Of a DNA stretch of 64,000 nt, positions 1 to 11,503 are shown piece after piece (position 1 is the first letter of the stretch; each line of letters opens with the position of its first letter). This DNA is from Klebsormidium nitens (lineage: Eukaryota; Plantae; Klebsormidiophyceae). Position numbers and translations under genes: made by a program. The notes under the pieces are model-generated. The model was not told where the DNA came from. It ran no database searches and worked only from the letters and a program-made list of their open reading frames with translations. The stretch spans positions 1 to 64,000 of the forward strand of contig DF237294.1 in assembly GCA_000708835.1 (NCBI GenBank), read 5' to 3'.

Positions 1-3000
1 GTGATCCTAAAACCCTAGAATCACCCAGAGATTCGGTCCCTAAATGCCCGTATCTCAACAGTTTTGCTATTGTAGGTCCCCTTAAAAGATCCAATGCCTT
101 CTTTGCGATTTTGCACGCCTCGATCGACCCCAACTGGTGGTCCTCAACGTTTACCCCGATTGATTGAGCTGGGTGCACTACGGAATGTTCAACTCCATCC
201 CATAGATCCTTGGAAGTTGGAGGAAACCTGATCTTCGAAGTCCACAATCTTTAGTTCTCCACATCCAACTTACTGACTTGAAATCTTGTATCCGTCGGCA
301 AATTTGAGAAGTGCGTTCCCTATATTCTCTATCTCAACCCGAAAGGTGGACAAGTTCCTTTTAGGCTTTTCATGCTACTTGATCCCCCTTACGGGCTTTT
401 AAATGTCGCTTCGCTCAAAGAGCAAACCACGACAAAGCAGACCGCCCCCACCGATGCCTTCATTGACAAGAAAGAACCATCGCCCGACCTTGGCACACAT
501 ATGCAATTTTCACCCTCCTGGCGATCTACTATTGAATGCTGCGCCTCCACTCTTTAGGCGATGTGGTGCGCCGTGCTGCGCCGTGGGCCCATGATCTAGT
601 TGAAACACGGCGTTGTTGGGAATGAATGATTGGATGATCAAGTTCACACAATGCAAATCGAGTGTATTGAGATTCGGGCATTTAGTGTGCGCAATCTCTT
701 GGGTGACGTCGACGAGAGTTCGACGATAAGCGGTAGTTAGCGGTTGGCGATTAAATGCGCGCGGGTTACAGCGTTACACCCGAATGACTTATTGAGATAA
801 CCGCCGTAATGAGTAGGTTCGATAACAGCCGTAGATATTCAGATTTGCGCGAGATCTTCGGACTTGCTGATCTGCGGTCAACATAGCCTACTAGGCTATC
901 AGTGTAGACCTAGCCTAGGAGTGCGACTCTACTTGAGTGAGCCTAGCATAGCACACAGACGCATAGCGTTAGCGCCGCTAGACTTCGAACACTCGATATA
1001 TATTGTGTGAACTTGATCATTCGATCATTCATTCCAAACAACGCCATGTTTCAACAGAGTGTTTGGAGGCTGGCGGCACCAAAGCTATCTAGTCCGTGTG
1101 GTATGTTAGATTCACTCAAGTAGAGTCACACTCCCAGTCTAGATTTATACAAAATGCCTACAGTAGTAGGCTCAATTGACCATAGAGAAGTCCGAAAGTT
1201 TTGCGCAAACCTGAATATCTACCGCTACAACCGAACCTTCTCATTTCGGCGGTATTCCAATAAGTCATTCGGGAGTTGTAATCCGCGCGCATTTAATCGC
1301 CAACCGCTAATCACCGTTGATAAATATCGTGATCCAGTGAGAACAGCAACAATGAATGCGATCTTCGAGAACATTCGGCCAATAACCATATTCAGCATTG
1401 CATTACTAACTCCATCAATCACATCAATATAGGGTTATTCATTAGCCAATCCCGTTCCCGTTCCCGTTGAATACATCATTGTACATGGGGCCTTTCGACA
1501 AGAATGCTTTGTTATCACCATCATTGAGTAAACTTGAAGCCGCCACTTCGGAAGCGCAACGGTTCCCATCAAGATGCTTGTAGATGCCTAAATTACCACA
1601 TGGTAGTATTGCGAATATCTCGAGGAGCTTAATGTCTTGCAAAAGACTCAAACGTTCAATAAACGTTGCAACATTACAAAACCTCGATGAAGCCGGATGA
1701 AGGGGTGTGTTGAAAGAAAGCGTCTGAAGCGCCGTTCAAGTGCACAATTACTAGGAATGAGTATCCATCACAAATCAAGAGTCCGAATCAAGTCCAATCA
1801 CGTAGCTAGGTCTACTCTAGCTTATTGGAGTCCTTAATTAGCCTAGGTGGTCCCTTCTTCAAATCGACGGCCTAGCTTCAACTACTCCAACAATTACCAT
1901 CGGACGATCCACACGACTCCCTTTTAATCTGTCCTTAATCTCGATGGTCTCGTATGCGTTCATCTTAATCTGATCTTAATCTGATCTTAATCTACGGGCT
2001 CTTTCCGTTGGTTGTCTTAATCTCGATTGATCTTAATCTTAACCACCTTCAGACGTCAATTCTAGAGCACATTAAGATCAATCTCGCCAAGTCCTTAATC
2101 TCACAAGCATTAAGGCCTTAGTCTCGGCCTCATCCGATCTTAATCTCATCCACATTAAGACCTTAATCTTGGCCTCATTAAGACCAAACCTATGCATCAC
2201 ACAATGAACCCACCACACTACAATGGTATAGGATATTAGGGCGTAATCAAGACAAATACTCCTTAATCTCAACAGAGATTAAAACCAAAAACTCCTTAAT
2301 CTCAACATGGTGAAGGGCCCGGCGCATTATAGTTCTTCGATGGCAAGCGCAAAGCGAGCTAGCTAGAGGTAGAGAGGGACGGTATTATGCCAATCGTGCA
2401 TCAACAACGACGACATCACAAAGTAGTTGTCCGTCAGAAGCCTATGTTGTGACTTGCCAAATTACACAATGGTATATTCACAAGTAGGCTCAAGCTTCTT
2501 TGCTCCTATCAAATACAGCTCCTCATTTCAGCTGCTATGGCTTGCTAGCGTCATTGTATTAGAGGGGGGACATACAACCATGAGCCACTTTCAAGCAAGG
2601 TTTGTTCCGTGATACGGCCCGACTCATTTGTACAAAGGATGGAGTCGAGGGCTGACGTCGGGATGACGTCATTGAATTTCGACCAAAAAAGGGACGACAA
2701 TTCAGTTTAGCTCGGTGTGCATTTTGGCACTGAATGTTCAACTGCGCAACGGGCATGTTCATCGACTGCATGCATGTGAGCGAATATCTTCGAGGCGATA
2801 TTGGGAAAAATGCTATTGAATTAAGATAAAGTCCACGGCTTCCTAGGATTATGAAATAACGTGGGCAGTGCAAAGATGGTTTAATGGGACGGCCTGCGTA
2901 GTTTTAAAACATTCATAAACGTATTCCGCAGAATGCAATGGCGGGATGTTGCACGTATGTATTGTGCCATTTGAAGATTGACCGAGATGATACGGTTCTA

Positions 3001-6000
3001 GTTATAATATTGATTGCAATCGGTGCCTTTTTATAATATTATGCTCAATATGATTCATGGGGTGCCCCCTGGATCCTCTTTTGAATTCGGTTCGTACATA
3101 ACTAAGGGCTCGAGGAGTCGATGCGTGGGAGGGAAAACCCAACGTTCAAGAAAGTCGGGGTTCCGCTTTTGGCTTTTACGGAGGCGTGCTTTTTCCTTCA
3201 ACGAACGTGGCACTGGGCACGCAATAAAAGCTAGAACTTTCCAGCGAAATTTTGAATGAGAGCGTTTTTTTCTGTAATGGGCCTTACAAGACGTCGATTG
3301 CGGAGTCTTTGCCAAGGTCAATGCAATTGTTAATGAGGAAAATGTAATAAGGCAAAAAGCGAATCCTTGAAAGTTTAAATAATTTGCCCGAGTTTCGTTC
3401 CCGCAGCAACCGTAGAGTTTTGAAGGGACCGTTACTTTGCGACGGTGCACATGATGAGCACAAGGCAGCAAGTCCTTGCAATGGAACGACGGTGTTTCGA
3501 GCTACTTGTGCGTAAAGCGCACGGCATCTGAGCTAGGGCGCGACATATGGTTCACGGTGTTTCCGAGGTTCCACCTCGATTCCAGCTTGGTTCTACCTTC
3601 AAATTACCCAATTACCCAACCTCCATAGACCTTTGATGAATTGCATGGTTTTAGCTCGGCCGAATCGTCGAGGTTACATATTTGAATTTGTCGACTTAAC
3701 TGAATTGTGAAGTCTGGCTGTTTGCCGTACGGATTATGTCGTGGCGGTGTAAATCGACGTGCAAACCAAATGCGGCCGCGCATTCCGAACTGAGTGGTGT
3801 GACCGCCCTCTATTGCACCGTCCAATACTCTTCAAAGTTGTCTTTTCAACGATTCATATGAGTCGCGTGGATATCCAAACGGGTGCTGGAGCCTAGAAAG
3901 GCCCCGTTGCAGGCTACCAGACATTGGCCTTGCCAGACTAGAAAAGTAGGTACCTTGAGTGAAAAGACGGGGCCTCGAACATTGAGGACGAAGGACCTAC
4001 TGATTTCTTGCTGTGATGGCGTTTTACACCAATTGGAAGGAGCCACCATAACCATGGCTTCGAATACTGCTTGCGATGGAATCTGGGGAAAAGGTGTGGT
4101 AAACTTAGAAGGTTGCAACTTGTCATATAGGCCTTAGACTACCTCCAGCCAAGCGGGCCCCCCTGCCTCCTCTTGATTTTGCATGTAAAGTAGCATTCTA
4201 CTTGTCTCAAATTTAGGGCCATAAATGCCTCTTCGGGAGGATTTTCCGAGGATTGGGCATTATTTTCGAGGTTTTACTTTGATGGACCATCCGACGGGAA
4301 TCTTCGAGTACCTGAAAACCGACCTCCAAGACCCGTCAGTTAATCGTCGATTTACCGTGTGACAACCTGCGGACAATTGGTCCGACCAAGGAAAACGGAA
4401 GAGCCTAAAATGTAGGCTTAAAATTATGGCGGACCGACGTCCGCAAGTTGCGCACGGTAGCGGTCTCGTGCGAGCATGAGAGTAAGTGTGTTTGGTTATC
4501 TGATTATAGTGGGGCCTTGGCTACGGTGCAAAGGTTTGTGGGAGTCTTTGCTACGTAAGTTGTTGACGGTTTTGGAGGATGAAGACGGACAAATTGAATG
4601 GGTCCATCCGTTTTTACCGCGGAGCCTATCAATTTGTTATTGAAGTTGACGCTGTCAATGGCGGACTTCGTCGGAAAACATTCGTCGGTTTCCCTTCATT
4701 GTCAAACGATGGGCGCAAACTTTTAAGTTCACAATGGTATGTCGACTTTTTGGCAAGTCTACCGGCCCGTTTGGCAGAGTCAGAAGAGATGTGCGAAACA
4801 CTGTACGGGCGGATGGTATGCCGAGGATCATAGAAAAGACTTGGAAACGTGTGTCATGGCCCGGCAACAAGAGTATATATGCTCTCAGTTAGGCCTTGCT
4901 CCAAGGAAGGTTCTGATGGGCAAATTCATGCACGACTTTAGAGAGGACTATGGCCAAATGTTTCTGCACGTTCTTTACGAATGTCAGGAATCATATGTCA
5001 ATGACCTTAAATCTTTTCGCAGTTTTGATCAATCAAGCGTTCTTAAATACTTTGCTATGCCCTAGCCAAATCCGAAGTAGAAGCCCATAGACTTGCTATT
5101 CGAAAGCATGAAGTTAGCAAAGATCTGCCTCGGCAACATATTGAGCGAATCTACCGGAACTTTGTAAGTCTGTAAACAAAAAACTCAGAAACGGATAATT
5201 CACGACTCTTCAGCTGACTCATAACAGAGCAAGCTTTCATTCATCGCTAGGACAGAGAGGATACAAAATTGGAAGCTTTTCTTCATTTGCTGGGCAAACA
5301 TGCAAAGGGAAAGTTAAGTTGCATCTAGCTTTGGAAAAGCGAGCTCGCAGAGGACGTAGATGGATTGTCGACTTAGCCATGATGATCACGGCTTCGAAAC
5401 GACGAATCATATGACAATTCAAAAGATCATATGCGCCATGTTAGGAGGCCTGCTCAAGACCTTACCTTGCGCTCGTAGTGGCAATGAATATCAACATAAA
5501 TTTGCCGCAGCTGCTAAACGACTTGAAATCTTGAAATCACCATATCATTCATGCTTGGATGACAGTATCTCGGTTCCAAATGAATGTCAAGTTCTCTTGA
5601 GGTATATATATCCTAGTTGTGATCATCCACCCGACTCTTCCGCCTCCATCCAGCCTAAGTTCGAGATCCTTGAGCGTTCAGGACAAGAGCCGAGTACCTT
5701 GAGCACTCACCCATCATTTGCCAAGGGCCAGCAGACTTGGCAACGGCAAAACGACCAGAGCAAGGAAAGCACATGAAAAACAATATTGAAAGTAGCATTA
5801 CGAACACAACGAAAGTACATTACCTCTTTGAAATTCACGTTCGTTATGTCCCCGGCCTTTGGCAACGCCATCATCCAATGATTGAGCGTCGTTCGGATAC
5901 GCGTCTTATCGGCTAAGGTGAGGATTGTCACGATAATATTCAATGCCAGACTTCCCGAAATTACGAGGCCGCCATATCTACTTATGAGTTGCCAAGCTGC

Positions 6001-6400
6001 GCAATGTCGAAGAAATGACAGAACGACGGGGTGCATGCTACGAGCATGTCGCCTTTGCTTGAGAAGCCCAAAGAGTAGATGGCTGCAAGAAAGAAAGGAC
6101 ACTTGAGTGCCGAGTCTTTATGTCGCAATATGCAAGGAAGATGCACGTTAGGGCTAACACGGGTGTCCTGCTTGTCAGTCTTGTTGCTTCAGCTTACATG
6201 ACAAACGCTTCAAAGAGTTAAACCCGCTTCAAGGACATGTACTTTCACGATTGAACCAACTCCTTGACACAGACTCTGAAAGTTGGATATCAACTAAGTT
6301 TCATCATCAACGAGGGGTAATTGTAGGAGATCAGCATTATAGAAGGAGAGGGCGCTTGCCATCGTCACTAGATTGTGCTCTTTCGTAGATCGTTAAGCGC
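1..6400. other. Lower-GC region of decayed, unassignable coding-like fragments (possible old mobile-element or viral remnant)
   Basis: Visibly less GC-rich than the genes from ~6580 onward. It has only short broken ORFs on both strands (e.g. 372-557, 4579-4833, 4739-5065, 5707-6102) and no host-style exon/intron structure. No family recognised. Confidence 0.3.
1921..2308. repeat. Dispersed cluster of (C)TTAATCT motifs
   Basis: About 12 copies of TTAATCT on + plus a few inverted copies (ATTAAGA/AGATTAA). Includes tandem TCTTAATCTGA units near 1963-1993 and ACTCCTTAATCTCAACA twice (~2258, ~2291). Confidence 0.8.
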
Positions 6401-6583
6401 TTATAGACTGCCTATTGGGCATGGAAAAACCGATCGACTTCAAGCTCGAGGGCCATTGCGTCGAATGTAGCATCGCACGGTTGTGAGGTAAGCAAGCCGA
6501 GAGAAGCACAACCTTCAGGGACTTTGCAATCCGCAAGCGAGGGCCGACCCCCGCTCCACGTAATTAGTAGCCGAGTCACCTAC

Positions 6584-8792
6584 CTTTGTCCAAGTGCCGC
6601 AGGGTGCCCACCACCTGCAAGGTAGGGGCGCATCTGTCAGCCCCCGGGCGTCAGGACGTAGAGCATGCCAGCATGGCCTGCCCTCCCGCGAGCTGCCATG
6701 GCCGCGCGTGGACCTTCTCAGGTGGATGGCCGGCATGCACCCAGGCCGTGCACGGCGCCGCGGGGGGGTGCTCACCTGGCCAGTGGCCTTGCGGATGAGG
6801 CGCAGCTCGTTGCTGCCGCTGCCCCCCGCCGCAATGAGCCCCTCCGCAGCTCCGCGCCCGAGCTGCGCGGCGTACAGCCGACACGGCTGCACCCCACACC
6901 GCAACATCAGACGGCACAGACACCCGAAGTTGACAAACGTGTCACATATGCAGCCCATATCGAGACTCGCGCGCTTGGCAAGATGGGTCGTGGGGCGCGG
7001 AAGACTTTGGCCCGCCAGCAGAATCAGTTTGGAACTACGAGGGCAAGGCTTATACAACATGAAGGCATTGAAGGGCCAACAGCTCCGGATGCGATCCCCA
7101 CTGACCTCGCTCTGCGGCGACGGCTGAGCCCACTCAAAGGTGGCCAGCAGCTGCGTCGTCATGACGTCCCATAGCTGCGCAGGACGGTGTATGTCAGTGG
7201 GGAAAGAAGCAGGGACTTGAGGGCCCTTGAAAACCTCGCTTGGTCAGTGGGCAAACTCAGTATCGTTGACACCACGACTCAAACGCAGCATCATTGGGGC
7301 CGAGAACATGCCACGAGCTGTCTCCTTTGGCTGCCGTTCCCGCGGCTGCGCGGTGGGGGTCCTGTGCGCGTCACCTGCAGCTGGTCGGTGGGCGCCCATG
7401 CGGCGGTGAGCAGCGTGTTGCCCGCCAGGTCGAGGCCGTCGCCGCAGAGGTGCGGCCCGAACACGCTGCGCACGCTGCGGCCCTCGCGCAGGTCCCACAC
7501 CTGCACCGTGCTGTCCCAGCCGCCGCTGACCAGCAGGTGCGGCTCGCTGGGGTGGAACTTGACCGCAAACACGCGGTTCGAGTGGCCCGCCGTCGTCTTG
7601 CCGTCCCTGCACCCACCACCACCGCCGGGGTCAGCGAAGCAGGCGGGCGGCGCTAGTGGGGGGAGGCGACTCCTCCGCACACGCGAGGCTTGCCGGGTCA
7701 CGACCTGCGGGAGCTCTTGGCTAGGACCCCTGGATTGCTGGATTTTACAGCGGACGTAAGCATCTACAATTATGGCCCGCGCAGCTTTCACTCTGGCCCG
7801 CACCTCAGAGAAAAGGGCAGAGAGACCCGTGACAGGGGCAGGACATCACTGCAAGACGCCCAGGTTGGTCGCGGGCCGACGTGCTCACCCGTGTGCGAGG
7901 GTGTGCAGCAACGTGCGGGTGACCTCGCTGTAGACGCGCACCGCGCAGTCCAGCCCCGCAGACGCAAACAGCTGGCCGTCTGCGCGGTAGGCCACGCTCA
8001 GCACCTGGTTGCCCGCCTCGTGCAGGCTGCTCAAGCACGCGCCCGACGTGGCGTGCCAGTGCCGCAGGTCTCCGTGGGCATCTGCAGGTGCAAGCGAGGC
8101 TTCAGAGGAGGGGCCCTTCACAGTTGTCGAAGCTCGGGTCGACTCTCAAGAAGCCTACTGACTTGCTGAGCGTGCTAAGAATTCACAGGGGCCTAACTTC
8201 AGAAGACCGGGTTTGCTCATCATCGTCTCATTGCGCACTTTCGTTTTATCGAACAGCGGCTGAATAGCTGGCGGTTGGCCCTTGTGCGCGTCTGCCGAGC
8301 ACGCATGGCCCACCTCCTGTGAGGAGCACATTCTTGGTGAGCTCCCCGCCGGAGCTGGGCCGGAAGCAGAGGGCGGTGCACGGCCGCCGCTCGCGCTTGC
8401 CCCCAGGGTCCAGGGTGCACGCCGCGGCCCCGTCAACGGTGCGGAACAGCTGCACGCAGACAAGCACAGGAGCGCAGGGGGGGCACCGTGAGGAAGGGGG
8501 ATGAGCCAAGGGGACCGGAACGCCATGCAAAGAGGTGGCACGCAGGTCAGGGCATACCCATCAGTGAGGGTCAAAAGGAGCTCTGGTGTCCCCATGCAGG
8601 ATCAAGGAATGCGCAAATGGGTCAGCTTTGCTTTCAGAAGGACCACGGTCACAGTGCGGACTCGGTTATTTGCCTGGCTCCACCACGGGTGGACCGCGGC
8701 GGCTCACCTCCACTGTGCCGACGCTGGTGGCCACCGCGAGCAGGGTGCCGTCGGGGGAGAAGCGCACGCAGTAGGCCTCCACCCCCGGGGAC
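6584..8792 (-). CDS. WD40-repeat protein, multi-exon; 5' and 3' ends unresolved
   Basis: Phase-compatible GT-AG exons 8792-8708, 8449-8314, 8081-7889, 7606-7375, 7174-7106, 6886-6776, 6614-6584. They encode WD motifs AYCVRFSPDGTLLAVA, GHSNRVFAVKFHP..LVSGGWDSTVQVWD and DQLQLWD. Confidence 0.88.
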
Positions 8793-10139
8793 CTGGGGCA
8801 CGCGAGACGCAGGGGGTGAGGAGGACACGCTGCACGGCTCCTTTCAGCACGGTGGTCCTGTCTCATGCAGCGAGGGTACTGGGGCGCAGGTGAGCAATTC
8901 GGATTGATCTTCGCAGTGGTCATAAACAGATTGGCACCACAGGGAGCCATGCCGCTAATGCCCTCGCCAGCTGCTGCCGATTATGCATTTTATGGGACAG
9001 AAAGTACTCCATAGGGCTTACATTGCGATTGTTCTGCTCGGCTTCAGTGGCTTTGCAGATGCAATATCGAATTCTGCTCCGAGTCTTGCGGCAGGTTTGG
9101 TTTGCTCTGAACCGTGGGCTGCAAACAGGGAATGTTCAAACCAGGTCTCAGGTTTGCAACACGGTTTTGAACATGGTTTGTGGGAATCCATGGCTGCCTA
9201 GCCGGCTACCACGAACTTTGTTTTGAGTGACACATAGCATTGACCAAGTCTGTCTACATGCACTGCCCTCAGACAGCACTTACGCTTCTGCTAGTGGTAG
9301 AAGTGCAAGAGCCGGACTTCATTCAGGTAGCGCGCCCCACTTGCTTGCAGCTTCAATGGTCCGCTGTCAACGGCAACTCTATTTGGGGGTACCACTTGTA
9401 ACAATGCGCGCAGCCATGACGCCTGGTCCACTTGCACCACCACCCTTTGTCCGACTCCTACTCTCAACAGTTATGCGCGGCCTGCATACCGTGACCAACA
9501 CTGCAGAATACCACTTAGTCTGCGCGCCCTGGCCCTCAGGTCCCAAGATTCATTCAGTGTCGAATCCCTAAGACGCAAGAGTCAGTCGGTGTGCGCGGCA
9601 CTTACGGGGTGCGGTGCTGCCCATCCTGCCCCGCTCTTTGGCCCCCAGGACGGGTCCCGGCGGCCACTCGCCATCGAATGAGATGCTGCCTTCCAGCTCC
9701 TCATCCGGGTCTGCCCTCTGCATGGCCCCTTGAGCTCCTCCCTAGCTGCGTCGACCTCGGTGGTAGCTCTGCCGCCACCCCAAGCACGTTACTCGGCTGC
9801 AAATGTGCCTCGCCAGCTGGACGACAGCCCGCACCCGGTCCTGAGTTCCAATCTCCACCAGCTTCCCTCGCCACCTCGGGCCTAGGCCTCAGTGCCCTCA
9901 CTGTCAGGTCCACCTCAGGCCTTCAGACGTGAACCACAGTACCTGCTTGGCAAAGCCAGGCAGCTGCCACTCAGCTGGCGGGCCGGGGCCGCATGAACCT
10001 CGGAAGCCTGCCAGGGCCACGGGGCCACCTGGTCCAGCAGGCAGCTGGGATGCACACGCCAGAGCCTTGTATCATTGTGCGACAAAAAATGTGTGGGTCT
10101 GACCAACTAACGCTTGATTACCTGCGTAGTCTCCTCAAG

Positions 10140-10960
10140 ACGACATAGCTTTCTGAAAGAACGTCTTCAGTCTCATTCCGAATACTTCACTCGCTCTTTG
10201 TCACTTTGCAGAGTGTGGCAATTCTCCCAACGAGGTATCTGCAACGCTGTAGCTTGTCAAGGGTTTGCAAGCGCACCTGATCCATGGAGAGTTTAGCCAG
10301 GTTGACCAGCTTGTCAAGGGTTAAGCAGCCACGAGTCCGCACCATAAGCACTCTCGTAGATCGCCATCGCTTGTTCCCGGTGCTCGACGGCTTCTTTGAA
10401 CTCTCTTTGGGTCCGTAGGAAGTCCGCCCTGCTATCATGATACTGGCAGTAGATAAGGGTGTCCTCAGGAACCTTGTGAGCCACCAGCAGCTTCTTCCAC
10501 CGCTTGTGAGCATTCCTGGAGCAAATCAGAGAAGACCGTTAAGCGCACGCCAGTCCCCTAGCAGGTTTGGCCTAGCACAAGAATTTCCCTCTGGCGGCTA
10601 TTCCCTAGCTTGAAGGGATAAAGATCGTTTGCGCAACATCCTCATGGAGTTACAGAATATCCAAGGATTGCAAGATCCTAAACATTCTTCTGGCAATTGC
10701 AGACGCGCTTTCCCGCATATTCTTGAGCTACATACAAATGAGCACACATAGAGGCATGGACGCAGGTTTCCAAGAGCGTTTTAGCAGCGTACCTGAGCTT
10801 GGCCGCATCCCCTGTGACTAGGTACAGGTTTGACAGCTGATGCAATGTAAGCGTGCTTATTACAAGGCTTGCGGCCGGAGTGTCCAGAACCTTGAAATAC
10901 ATTTGCTCTGCCTTGTAGCCACTTGGTGGGTACAAATAACCATTTCCGATCGGTAATGGG
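10140..10960 (-). pseudogene. Degenerate TPR-repeat gene (kinesin-light-chain-like repeats)
   Basis: TPR-like peptides KAEQMYFKVL..TLHQLSNLYLVTGD, AIARRMF..HEDVAQT, EAVEHREQAMAIYESAYGADSWLL and TLDKLVNLAKLSMDQ lie in different frames, separated by in-frame stops and frameshifts. Confidence 0.55.
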
Positions 10961-11150
10961 TCAGTTTCATGATAGGACGCATGTGCCCTAGAGTACTAAG
11001 TACTACTAGTGGCATTTGACTCTCGAGTCTCGAATTTTGAGCACTTCGAGAGAAACTGTGCGATCGGAATTCAGGGGTCGTCTCATGCACGCAGCTTGGC
11101 CTTCAGCTTGAGCTCATTGTAGGAGAAGACTCGTCGTCCTGGCAATCGCC

Positions 11151-11414
11151 ATGCCTCGGGCCATCTGGAAGGGCCCTTTCGTGGACGCTTTTTTGCTGAA
11201 ACCGGAGCGGCTGGCGGCAGCGGCACAGCGGCTCAAGATCTGGTCGCGGCGCTCCACGGTGCTGCCCGAGTTTGTGGGCAAGGTGTTCTCCATCCACAAC
11301 GGGCAGAAGTTCATCAACATCAAGGTCGCCGATGACATGGTGGGCCACAAGTTTGGGGAGTTTGCCAAGACCAGGAAAGCGCCAGTCCACAAGAAGAAGG
11401 ACGCTAAGAAGTAG
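11151..11414 (+). CDS. rps19: Ribosomal protein uS19, mitochondrial type, nuclear-encoded and intronless (87 aa)
   Basis: [12 protein letters not shown]...[26 protein letters not shown]...[14 protein letters not shown] is the uS19 signature. The MPRxxWKGxFVD start is typical of mitochondrial/alphaproteobacterial S19. Codon usage is GC3-rich like the host genes. Confidence 0.95.
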   Translation: MPRAIWKGPFVDAFLLKPERLAAAAQRLKIWSRRSTVLPEFVGKVFSIHNGQKFINIKVADDMVGHKFGEFAKTRKAPVHKKKDAKK

Positions 11415-11503
11415 CACAGAAAACTAGGGTGGGCTGCGCGTCAATTCGCCCAGCGCCAGTAGGATTCGATTGATTTTTGCATTAGTGGCACCTGTCGTTC
11501 GCC

